Shown here piece by piece: positions 10,005 through 17,967 of a DNA stretch of 64,000 nucleotides (its first letter is position 1; every line of letters starts with the position of its first letter). This DNA comes from an uncultured Ruminococcus sp. (lineage in GTDB: Bacteria; Bacillota; Clostridia; Oscillospirales; CAG-382): the NCBI GenBank assembly GCA_964549435.1, contig CAZJVB010000010.1, positions 638 through 64,637 on the forward strand. Direction: 5' to 3'. The position numbers and the translations under genes were made by a program. The notes beneath the pieces were generated by a model that had not been told where the DNA came from, did no database searches, and saw only the letters and a program-made list of their open reading frames with translations.

Positions 10005-10700
10005 TTAGTTGGAAATCTTCGCGGTATTGACTTTGATGCCGGGACCCATCGTGGAGGACACGGCGCAGGATTTGATATATTGCCCTTTCAAAGTTGCGGG
10101 ACGTGCCTTGACGACGGCGCCCATAAGCGCATCGAAGTTTTCGGAAAGCTTTTCCTTTCCAAAGCTGACCTTTCCGATCGGGCAGTGGATGATGTTGGTT
10201 TTGTCAAGACGGTATTCGATCTTACCGGCTTTTGATTCGGTGACCGCTTTCGCTACGTCCATTGTGACCGTGCCGGCCTTCGGAGACGGCATCAATCCTT
10301 TCGGACCGAGCACTTTACCGAGACGCCCGATAACACCCATCATGTCAGGTGTTGCGATAACGACGTCAAATTCAAACCAGTTTTCCGATGTGATTTTCTG
10401 CACCAGATCTTCTGCGCCGACGTAATCTGCGCCGGCTTCCTCGGCCGCCTTCGCTTTATCGCCCTTGGCAAACACGAGGGTGCGTACCGTCTTACCGGTG
10501 CCGTTAGGAAGGACGACCGCGCCTCTGACCTGCTGATCGGCATGTCGGGAGTCGACGCCGAGGCGGATGTGGAGTTCGACGGTTTCGTCAAACTTCGCTT
10601 TTGCAATTTCACAGAGCAGACCGAGCGCTTCCGTGCTCTCATAGAGCTTGGTCTTTTCAACCGCAGCAGCAGCGGCGGTATAATTCTTGCCTCTTTTCAT
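10005..10700 (-). CDS. rplA: 50S ribosomal protein L1
   Basis: 231 aa. [26 protein letters not shown]...[17 protein letters not shown] is typical L1. Confidence 0.95.
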   Translation of the reverse strand: MKRGKNYTAAAAAVEKTKLYESTEALGLLCEIAKAKFDETVELHIRLGVDSRHADQQVRGAVVLPNGTGKTVRTLVFAKGDKAKAAEEAGADYVGAEDLVQKITSENWFEFDVVIATPDMMGVIGRLGKVLGPKGLMPSPKAGTVTMDVAKAVTESKAGKIEYRLDKTNIIHCPIGKVSFGKEKLSENFDALMGAVVKARPATLKGQYIKSCAVSSTMGPGIKVNTAKISN

Positions 10701-10714
10701 CTTTGCACCCCTCC

Positions 10715-11140
10715 TTAGTCTACAACCACGACGCCCATACTGCGCGCGGTGCCTGCGATCATGCTCATTGCGGCTTCAATAGACGCCGCGTTGAGGTCGG
10801 GCATTTTGGTTTCGGCGATTTTGCGAACCTGTTCCTTGGTGATCTGGCCGACCTTCTGAGACTGAGGAACGCCGGAGCCGCTTTCAATGCCGCATGCTTT
10901 TTTGATCAGCACGGCTGCGGGCGGGGTTTTGGTGATGAAGGTAAAGGTGCGGTCTGCATAAACCGTGATAACCACGGGGATGATGAGACCGATGTCATTT
11001 TTGGTACGCTCGTTGAATTCCTTGGTAAACATCGGAATTGCAACGCCGTACTGACCGAGTGCCGGACCGATCGGCGGCTGGGGGGTCGCCTTGCCTGCCG
11101 GGATTTGCAGTTTGATATAGCCTACGATTTTCTTTGCCAT
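10715..11140 (-). CDS. rplK: 50S ribosomal protein L11
   Basis: ORF 10715..11248 trimmed to M37. [30 protein letters not shown] is the canonical L11 N-terminus. Confidence 0.95.
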   Translation of the reverse strand: MAKKIVGYIKLQIPAGKATPQPPIGPALGQYGVAIPMFTKEFNERTKNDIGLIIPVVITVYADRTFTFITKTPPAAVLIKKACGIESGSGVPQSQKVGQITKEQVRKIAETKMPDLNAASIEAAMSMIAGTARSMGVVVVD

Positions 11141-11264
11141 GAGAAATACACCTCCGATTGTGGTAAAAATTGTTTTTCGGGACCTGCGTCCCTCCCACGG
11201 GATCCATGGCAGTGCCATCCGGATCCATTTTGTCCGGGCGCGCGGCAACTGCGTCCGAACCGTT

Positions 11265-11813
11265 TCATTGATTGTTTTCGTCTTCCAGCGACTTAACCTC
11301 CATGGAGCCGAGCTCCACCTTGGTTTCGCGCCCGAACATGGAAGCGGTAACCTTGACGGTTTTCATATCCGCCGAGATCTCGTCCACGATTCCGATAAAG
11401 CCGGAAAGGGGACCCGCGCAGATCCGCACACTGTCGCCGATTGCATACCGAACCTCGATCACACGCGGTTCTACACCGAGCTGTTCGACCTCTTCGTCCG
11501 AAAGTGGAACAGGACGGGAGCCGGGACCTACGAAGCCGGTTACGCCGGTTGTGTTGCGGATGATATGCCACATCTCGTCGTTCATAACCATTTTAACGAA
11601 GACGTAGCTGGGAAATAGCTTTCTTTCGATTTCCTTTTCGCCTTTATCGGTCAGTTCCGTCACGATTTCTGTCGGAATGCGTACCGATTGGATCAACTCA
11701 CCGATCCCTCGGTTTTCGATGATCTTTTCCAGGCTTTGCAGAACCTTATTTTCATAGCCGGTATAGGTGTGTACGACATACCAAAGCGGCTTGCTTTCCT
11801 GCGGTAAACTCAT
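11265..11813 (-). CDS. nusG: Transcription termination/antitermination factor NusG
   Basis: 182 aa. [14 protein letters not shown] marks the NGN domain, and a C-terminal KOW is present ([18 protein letters not shown]). Confidence 0.95.
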   Translation of the reverse strand: MSLPQESKPLWYVVHTYTGYENKVLQSLEKIIENRGIGELIQSVRIPTEIVTELTDKGEKEIERKLFPSYVFVKMVMNDEMWHIIRNTTGVTGFVGPGSRPVPLSDEEVEQLGVEPRVIEVRYAIGDSVRICAGPLSGFIGIVDEISADMKTVKVTASMFGRETKVELGSMEVKSLEDENNQ

Positions 11814-11827
11814 GTCTTACCAGCCTT

Positions 11828-12466
11828 TCAGCCAATGGAGGACAGCAGTTTCACCAGCCAAGAGAACACGAAGTCCAGCAGACCGATGGCAACGCAGGAG
11901 ATCACCAGAATCACCAGAACAACCAGCGTGCTCTTCAGCAGATCCTTTCGGGACATCCAGGAGATCTTCCGGATTTCACTCTTGTAATCCTTGAAGAATT
12001 TCGCGATCCGCTGCCCGAGCTTGCTGTTCGTCTTGGCAAGGATGAACAGGATGGCGACAATGACAACGATAACGGCGAGCGTGATAATCAGCTTCCAAGG
12101 GATGCTGCTTTCCGTCTCGCTTTCCGCCTCAGAGGAGTCCGTCGTCTCTGCGGAGGTCTCCGTCTGAGAGGTCGTATCGGAAGAGGCTTCCGATTCGTCC
12201 GCAGAGGCGGTTTCCGATTCATCGGATGTCGCTTCAGATTCCGAATCGGACTCCGTATCAGACTCTGTGTCGGATTCCGTGCCGGATTCCGCATCAGATA
12301 TTACGGAGCTGTCATCGCCAGCCTCGTCGCTTGTCACATCGCTCACATTGCTAACGTCGTCGCTGTCATCCGCCGGATCGGCGAGCACGGCTAAGGCGCA
12401 AGCGGAGCAGAGCAGCAGGAACGCAACCAAGAGGGGGAGGAGTTTCAGAAGTCTGTTTTTAGACAT
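11828..12466 (-). CDS. secE: Preprotein translocase SecE with a ~150-aa N-terminal extension (extra TM, acidic Ser/Asp/Glu/Thr tract, extra TM)
   Basis: 212-aa ORF. The C-terminal ~60 aa (RIAKFFKDYKSEIRKISWMSRKDLLKSTLVVLVILVISCVAIGLLDFVFSWLVKLL) is canonical SecE. The ATG at 12466 sits 7 nt after GGGGG. The gene lies between rpmG and nusG. Confidence 0.8.
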   Translation of the reverse strand: MSKNRLLKLLPLLVAFLLLCSACALAVLADPADDSDDVSNVSDVTSDEAGDDSSVISDAESGTESDTESDTESDSESEATSDESETASADESEASSDTTSQTETSAETTDSSEAESETESSIPWKLIITLAVIVVIVAILFILAKTNSKLGQRIAKFFKDYKSEIRKISWMSRKDLLKSTLVVLVILVISCVAIGLLDFVFSWLVKLLSSIG

Positions 12467-12478
12467 GAAGCCGCCCCC

Positions 12479-12628
12479 TTACTTGCTTTCTTTATGAAGC
12501 GTGTGCTTGCGGCAGAATCTGCAGTACTTTTTCATTTCGAGTCTGTCGGGGTCATTCTTTTTGTTCTTGACCGTGTCGTAGTTTCTTTGTTTGCATTCCG
12601 TGCAAACCAGAGTGATTTTCACCCTCAT
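12479..12628 (-). CDS. rpmG: 50S ribosomal protein L33
   Basis: Below the ORF-track length cutoff and found by hand. It reads [49 protein letters not shown], with GGAGGTG upstream of the ATG (12626-12628). Confidence 0.9.
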   Translation of the reverse strand: MRVKITLVCTECKQRNYDTVKNKKNDPDRLEMKKYCRFCRKHTLHKESK

Positions 12629-12765
12629 GTTATCGGCACCTCCAAATCATATTGTTACTGTTACCTCCCTCGGTTATGCGGCGGACAGTTTGTCCGTTCC
12701 GGAAGCGGAAATCGAAAAACCTCCGGAAACCACAACAAAAAGACCTCGCATACAGAGGTACCGCC

Positions 12766-12794
12766 ATTATAGCAGGTTTTTGGCGGTTTGTCAA
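12766..12794 (-). promoter_or_regulatory. Consensus sigma-A promoter for rpmG-secE-nusG
   Basis: Minus strand TTGACA (12789-12794), exactly 17 nt, TATAAT (12766-12771). A ~125-nt structured leader follows. Confidence 0.7.
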
Positions 12795-12835
12795 GCGTCT
12801 GGCGCAAAAAAATGAGCGGATCAGGAGCCATTGCG

Positions 12836-12872
12836 CTGAAAAAAGCGGAGGAACCCGGTTAGGCTCCTCCGT
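12836..12872 (-). terminator. Terminator closing the fhs-tsaE-tsaB-rpiB operon
   Basis: Minus strand CGGAGGA...TCCTCCG stem followed by CTTTTTT. The rpiB stop codon lies in the loop. Confidence 0.5.
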
Positions 12873-13308
12873 TTTCCGTTCCGTTCTCGATCATATCGAC
12901 GCGTTTCTGATGACGGCCGCCGTCGAACGGGGTAGACAGAAACAGCTCCGTCAGCCGAACTGCGGTTTCCCCGTCGATGATGCGACCGCCGAGGCAGAGC
13001 ACATTGGCGTTGTTGTGACGTCTCGTCATTTCAGCGCTGAAGGCGTCCGAAAGGACGGCGGCACGGATTCCCTTTTGTTTGTTGGCGACCATAGACATGC
13101 CGATGCCGGTGCCGCAGCAGAGGATACCGAACTGGTACTCTCCGCTCTGCACCGCAGCGCAGACCTTCTTGGCGTAGACCGGATAGTCTACCGACTCCGC
13201 CGTACAGGTGCCGAAGTCGGTATAATCGATGCCTCTTTCCTTAAAATAATGCAGAATGGCGTTTTTGATTTCCAAACCGCCGTGGTCACATCCGATTGCA
13301 AGTTTCAT
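12859..13308 (-). CDS. rpiB: Ribose-5-phosphate isomerase B (RpiB/LacAB family)
   Basis: 149 aa. MKLAIGCDHGG...GILCCGTGIGMSMVANK is the typical RpiB active-site region. Confidence 0.9.
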   Translation of the reverse strand: MKLAIGCDHGGLEIKNAILHYFKERGIDYTDFGTCTAESVDYPVYAKKVCAAVQSGEYQFGILCCGTGIGMSMVANKQKGIRAAVLSDAFSAEMTRRHNNANVLCLGGRIIDGETAVRLTELFLSTPFDGGRHQKRVDMIENGTENGGA

Positions 13309-14047
13309 TTCCGTTCGGTTCCTTTCCTGTTGAGTGGTTTTGCTGTCGGGCGGCGTTTTCCAGCCGTTCGCGCTCCGCCTGCGGCAGACGCAGATAGATC
13401 GGACGCAGATCTTTGCCGTTTACGGCTTTGCCCGCAGCATAGAGACGGTATCCGCAGATCGCGGTGGAAAGCGCATTCTGCTCCCGGCAGACCGGATTGG
13501 CGGCGCGGAAGCGGTGTTTCTCCTGCTCATCACAGAGAGAAAGGAAGGGGAGCGCGCCGTCTCCGCAGAGAGTGAGGGGCTGTTGCCGGTCCTTGAGCAG
13601 CGCTTTCAGCTCATCGGCAGAAAGGCAGTCGTCTGACGTGAGACGTATGCCGGAGGAGAACAGCGCGCAGTAGAACTGCCCGCGGCGGGCGTCCATCAGG
13701 GCGCAGACGGTTCCTTCCGTGCCGGAGAGGTTTTCTGCCAGTGCTTCCAGCGTAGAGACGGCGGCGCAGGGGAGCGAGCGCGGATAAGCCAGTCCCTTGA
13801 CTGTGGAAACGCCGATGCGGACGCCGGTAAAGGAGCCGGGGCCTGCATTGACTGCAAGCAGGTCGAGCTCGCTGACCGAAGCGCCGTAGATTTGCAGGAC
13901 GTGCTCCACCATCGGCATCAGGTTTTCGCTGTGCGTCAGTTTGTTTTTGACGGTAAACAGGCTGTATGTCGCCGGCGTTCCGTCCCGGAAGTCTGCAACC
14001 GCCGCCGAAGCGGTCACTGCGGTGGAATCCAATCCGAGGATCAGCAT
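13286..14047 (-). CDS. tsaB: tRNA t6A37 biosynthesis protein TsaB (YeaZ)
   Basis: ORF trimmed to M31 (MLILGLDSTAVTASAAV). ASKHA-fold N-terminus with NAGPGSFTGVRIG. It overlaps both tsaE and rpiB. Confidence 0.85.
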   Translation of the reverse strand: MLILGLDSTAVTASAAVADFRDGTPATYSLFTVKNKLTHSENLMPMVEHVLQIYGASVSELDLLAVNAGPGSFTGVRIGVSTVKGLAYPRSLPCAAVSTLEALAENLSGTEGTVCALMDARRGQFYCALFSSGIRLTSDDCLSADELKALLKDRQQPLTLCGDGALPFLSLCDEQEKHRFRAANPVCREQNALSTAICGYRLYAAGKAVNGKDLRPIYLRLPQAERERLENAARQQNHSTGKEPNGNETCNRM

Positions 14048-14460
14048 AGGGTCAGCCTTCTTTCGGTTTCCGAGCATGTTTCGAACTGCAGCCGCAGGGC
14101 GTCGGCGGGAATGGCGGACGCAATGCGTTCGCTCCATTCCGTCACCACGATGCCGTCCCCGGCGATACAGTCGAAGAAGCCCGTAGAGTATAAATCGTCT
14201 TCGTCTTGGACGCGGTACAGGTCAAAATGGTAGATCGTTACGTGGGAACCGGCGTATTCGTTGACGATGGCGAACGTTGGGGAATGCACCAGCGGAAGGC
14301 ATTCCGGGCAAAGCGCTTTGACGAGTCCGCGCACGAATGCGGTTTTTCCGGCGCCCATGTCGCCGTAGAGAGCGAGCGTCTGCCCCTTTTTCAGCAGACC
14401 GGCGATCTCCGCTGCGATCGCTTCGGTTTCCGCAAGGGAGGAGGATACATAGCTTTTCAT
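14041..14460 (-). CDS. tsaE: tRNA t6A37 biosynthesis ATPase TsaE (YjeE)
   Basis: 139 aa. Walker A LYGDMGAGKTAFVRG plus HSPTFAIVNEY and LYHFDLYR. Confidence 0.9.
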   Translation of the reverse strand: MKSYVSSSLAETEAIAAEIAGLLKKGQTLALYGDMGAGKTAFVRGLVKALCPECLPLVHSPTFAIVNEYAGSHVTIYHFDLYRVQDEDDLYSTGFFDCIAGDGIVVTEWSERIASAIPADALRLQFETCSETERRLTLC

Positions 14461-16127
14461 CAGAACAGCCCTACGATTCTGCCGTCGGTTAGATCGATGC
14501 GTTCCGCTGCGGGATGCTCCGGCAGGCCCGGCATGGTCAGCACGCCGCCGGTCAGCACAACAACAAAGCCTGCGCCCGCAGAGACGCGCACCTCCCGAAC
14601 GGTCAGACGGTAGCCGCTCGGCGCGCCCAGTTTTTTCGGATCGTCGGAAAGGGAATACTGCGTTTTGGCGATGCAGACCGGCAGCGCGCCGTACCCGAGC
14701 GCCTCGATTTCCCCGATCGCCTTTCTGGCGGCAGGAGTATAATCAACGCCGTCTGCGTGGTAGATCTTGCGGGCGACTGCTTCGATTTTTTCGCAGAGAG
14801 ACGCTTCGGAAGGATAGGTAAAGCGGAAGGCGTGCTCCTGCTCACAGAGACGGCAGACCTCCTCCGCCAACTCCGTACTGCCCTTGCCGCCCTCGGAAAA
14901 GGCGGTGGAAACGATCGCTTTTACCCCTTTTTCGGCACAGTAAGCGCGAATCAGCTCCAGTTCCGCTCCGGTGTCGGCATAAAAGTGATTGATTGCGACG
15001 ACCAGCGGCAGACCGAATCCTTTGAGATTGTCAATGTGCGCGCCAAGATTGGCCATCCCTTTTTGTAGCGCTTCCAAATTCTCTTCAGCGGTCTGCTCCT
15101 TCGGAACGCCGCCGTTGTATTTGAGCGCGCGTACCGTTGCAACCAGCACTACCGCGTCCGGATGGAAGCCGGCGGCACGGCATTTGATATCCAGAAACTT
15201 CTCTGCGCCGAGGTCGGCGCCGAAGCCTGCCTCTGTTACGGTGTAATCAGCCAGCTTCCGCGCGGTGCGGGTGGCGATGATCGAATTGCAGCCGTGCGCG
15301 ATATTGGCGAACGGTCCTCCGTGGATCAGGCAGGGCGTGTTTTCCAGTGTCTGCGCCAGATTGGGTTTGATCGCGTCTTTCAGCAGAACGGTCATCGCGC
15401 CCTCCGCATGTAGCTGACGGCAGTACACGGGAGCGCCGTCGTAAGTATAGGCGACCAGCATATTGCCGAGACGTTCGTGCAGATCTTCCGGAGAAGCCGC
15501 AAGGCAGAGGATCGCCATGATTTCCGTCGCAACCGTAATCATGAAACGTTCCTGACGGGTGACGCCGTTTTTCTTCTCTCCGAGACCTATCGTGATGTCG
15601 CGCAGAACGCGGTCGTTAACGTCCAGACAGCGCGCATGAAGGATGCGTTTGGGATCGATCCGCAGCGCGTTTCCCTGATGGATGTGATTGTCCAGCATGG
15701 CGGAAAGCAGGTTGTTGGCGCTGGTAATGGCATGGAAGTCGCCGGTAAAATGCAGATTGATGTCCTCCATTGGGACAACCTGCGCATAGCCGCCGCCGGT
15801 TGCGCCGCCTTTCAGACCGAACACCGGACCGAGAGACGGTTCGCGCAGCGCGATTACGACCTTTCTGCCGGTGCGTTTCAGCGCGTCGCCCAAACCGATG
15901 GTCATGGTGGTTTTTCCCTCGCCGGCAGGCGTGGGAGAGATTGCGGTGACTAAGATCAGCTTTCCGTCCTTTTCCTTTGCCAGCCGTTGCTCTGCTGCCG
16001 GCAGCAGCTTGGCCTTGTAGCTTCCGTAAGGCTCGATCTCTTCCTCCCGCAGACCGATTCCCGCCGCAACGGTTCCAATCGGCAGCATGGCGGCCTCCTG
16101 TGCGATTTCGACATCCGGTTTCATCAT
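14460..16127 (-). CDS. fhs: Formate--tetrahydrofolate ligase
   Basis: ORF trimmed to [22 protein letters not shown] and the overall ~555-aa FTHFS pattern are present. Its stop overlaps the tsaE start (TGATG). Confidence 0.95.
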   Translation of the reverse strand: MMKPDVEIAQEAAMLPIGTVAAGIGLREEEIEPYGSYKAKLLPAAEQRLAKEKDGKLILVTAISPTPAGEGKTTMTIGLGDALKRTGRKVVIALREPSLGPVFGLKGGATGGGYAQVVPMEDINLHFTGDFHAITSANNLLSAMLDNHIHQGNALRIDPKRILHARCLDVNDRVLRDITIGLGEKKNGVTRQERFMITVATEIMAILCLAASPEDLHERLGNMLVAYTYDGAPVYCRQLHAEGAMTVLLKDAIKPNLAQTLENTPCLIHGGPFANIAHGCNSIIATRTARKLADYTVTEAGFGADLGAEKFLDIKCRAAGFHPDAVVLVATVRALKYNGGVPKEQTAEENLEALQKGMANLGAHIDNLKGFGLPLVVAINHFYADTGAELELIRAYCAEKGVKAIVSTAFSEGGKGSTELAEEVCRLCEQEHAFRFTYPSEASLCEKIEAVARKIYHADGVDYTPAARKAIGEIEALGYGALPVCIAKTQYSLSDDPKKLGAPSGYRLTVREVRVSAGAGFVVVLTGGVLTMPGLPEHPAAERIDLTDGRIVGLF

Positions 16128-16154
16128 GAGGAGCTCCTTTTTTCTTTGAAAATG

Positions 16155-16285
16155 AAAAACGGGCAATCCTTTATCGGAAAGGATTGCCCAGGCGGTTCGG
16201 CATACAGACGACAGCAGACGTCAAAGCATCAGACTGTCGAAAAACGGTACACCGTGTTATTTCACATGATCCGCCAGCACCGTTT
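16155..16285 (-). promoter_or_regulatory. Candidate ZTP (pfl-motif) riboswitch with a terminator expression platform
   Basis: The minus-strand leader reads AACGGUG-CUGGCGGA-(P2 hairpin)-ACCGUU ... CCGAACCGCCUGGGCA. The CUGGCG and CCGCCUGGGC strings are the two conserved pfl-motif blocks, and CCGCC can pair with GGCGG. The 3' block overlaps the terminator GGGCAATCCTTT-ccgat-AAAGGATTGCCC-GTTTTT (16155-16189). The site is upstream of fhs, a known ZTP-regulated gene class. No covariance model was run. Confidence 0.55.
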
Positions 16286-16293
16286 CCACTGCC

Positions 16294-16323
16294 ATCATAG
16301 CACAGGAGACGGGCGGTTGTCAA
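16294..16323 (-). promoter_or_regulatory. Sigma-A promoter for the fhs operon
   Basis: Minus strand TTGACA (16318-16323), 18-nt spacer, TATGAT (16294-16299). Confidence 0.6.
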
Positions 16324-16341
16324 GAGGTTTTCCGTCGTTTT

Positions 16342-17421
16342 TTAGAATAAATAGCCCTGACGGTAGAGCAGTTCCGCAGACAGGACGGCGCCGCCTGCCG
16401 CGCCGCGCAGCGTATTGTGCGACAGGCAGACGAACTTATAGTCGAAGAGAGTGTCTTCGCGCAGGCGGCCGATGGTGATTCCCATGCCGCCGTAGATGTT
16501 GCGGTCCAGTTTGGTTTGCGGACGGTCCGGCTCTTCTAAATAGGTCAGGAATTTTGCGGGCGCGGAGGGGAGCTGCAGCCGCTGCGCTTCGCCGACGTAG
16601 GCGTCCCAAGCGGCACGCATGTCATCTATCGACGGCTTCCTGTCAAACCGGACGGAAACCACCGCAATATGCCCGTCAGAAGCAGGCACGCGGGTGCAGG
16701 TTGCAGAAATGACCGGCTTTTCTGCCGGGCGGATGCTGCCGTTTTCCAGTCTGCCCCAGATTTTCAACGGTTCTTTTTCGCTCTTTTCCTCTTCATTGCC
16801 GATGTAGGGGATCACGTTATCCAGAATCTCCGGGAAAGAGGAAAATGTTTTCCCGGCGCCGGAAATCGCCTGCAGCGTAGTGACGTTGATGCTTTGGATG
16901 CCATAGGAAAGCAGCGGTGTCAGCGCGGGTACGTAGCTTTGGATGGAGCAGTTCGGCTTGACGGCGATGAAGCCCTTTTCCGTGCCGAGACGCTTCTTCT
17001 GATAGGGGATGACGCCTGTATGATCCGCATTGATTTCCGGAATCAGCATCGGGACATCCGGTGTGGAGCGGTGCGCGGAATTATTGGAGACGACCGGAAT
17101 TTCTGCTTTGGCGTACGCTTCCTCCAATGCACGGGTCTGCTCCTTGGACATATCCACGGCGCAGAACACAAAATCTACCAACGGCTTGATGGCTTCGAGA
17201 TCCGAAGCGTCCAGTACGGTCATGCCGCGGACGCAGTCCGGCATCTCCTCCTGCAGTTTCCAGCGACCTTCGACGGCTTTTTCGTAAGGCTTGCCGGCAG
17301 AGGAAGCGCTCGCGGCAAGCGCGGAAAGTTCAAAATAGGGATGATTTGCAATCAGGGTGATAAAACGCTGACCGACCATTCCGGTTGCGCCGACAATGCC
17401 GGCTCTTAACTTCTTTGGCAT
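16342..17421 (-). CDS. asd: Aspartate-semialdehyde dehydrogenase
   Basis: 359 aa. The N-terminal Rossmann motif is GIVGATGMVGQRF, the active site is CSIQ, and the overall pattern is Asd-like. Confidence 0.9.
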   Translation of the reverse strand: MPKKLRAGIVGATGMVGQRFITLIANHPYFELSALAASASSAGKPYEKAVEGRWKLQEEMPDCVRGMTVLDASDLEAIKPLVDFVFCAVDMSKEQTRALEEAYAKAEIPVVSNNSAHRSTPDVPMLIPEINADHTGVIPYQKKRLGTEKGFIAVKPNCSIQSYVPALTPLLSYGIQSINVTTLQAISGAGKTFSSFPEILDNVIPYIGNEEEKSEKEPLKIWGRLENGSIRPAEKPVISATCTRVPASDGHIAVVSVRFDRKPSIDDMRAAWDAYVGEAQRLQLPSAPAKFLTYLEEPDRPQTKLDRNIYGGMGITIGRLREDTLFDYKFVCLSHNTLRGAAGGAVLSAELLYRQGYLF

Positions 17422-17446
17422 GGGTAATGCAGTCTCCTTTTCGAAT

Positions 17447-17920
17447 TCAGATCAGTTCCCGGTAAATGCCAGGAACGCTGCCTTGGATGATTTCCGCTCC
17501 GCAGAGCTTTTTGTAATAGTCTACGGGACCGGCGCCTCCGATGATCGCATATGCGTAGCCTTCGTCCCGCAAGGATTCCATACAGCGGAGCAACAGCGCT
17601 CCGCCGATGCCGCGGTGACGCGCTTTCTCCGACACGCCGGTCGGTCCGAAGAAATCCTTCGCGGTGCAGTTGTAGCCGGCGAAGCCGAGAATTTGTTTGG
17701 TTTCCTCCTCATAGGCAATGAAACAGGAAACGGGCAGCTTCGTGAAAGCGGCGGCGGTTTCATTCGCCCAGCCGATGCCGAAGTGCGCTTCGATCCATTG
17801 CAGAACCTTGTCGCGGTTGGGAGTCATTGGGCGGATTATGCGGATGTTCTGTTGTGCGAGCCGTTCGTAGAGCGGCGCACTGTCAGGCAGGGTATAAAGC
17901 TTTACAAGCATATCCGGCAT
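17447..17920 (-). CDS. GNAT-family N-acetyltransferase
   Basis: 157 aa. The acetyl-CoA binding motif is RHRGIGGALLLRCMESL. It lies 25 nt upstream of asd on the same strand. Confidence 0.75.
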   Translation of the reverse strand: MPDMLVKLYTLPDSAPLYERLAQQNIRIIRPMTPNRDKVLQWIEAHFGIGWANETAAAFTKLPVSCFIAYEEETKQILGFAGYNCTAKDFFGPTGVSEKARHRGIGGALLLRCMESLRDEGYAYAIIGGAGPVDYYKKLCGAEIIQGSVPGIYRELI

Positions 17921-17967
17921 AAGGGATACCTCCGATTATTATAGGTAAAGAAAGGGGGAAAAGAAGA

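Noticed and set aside
11141-11264. Possible L1-binding autoregulatory leader upstream of rplK (GUGGGAGGGACGCAGGUCCC).
   Set aside because: It is plausible by position, but I cannot verify the L1 recognition motif by eye. It would need a covariance-model search, so it is not reported as a feature.
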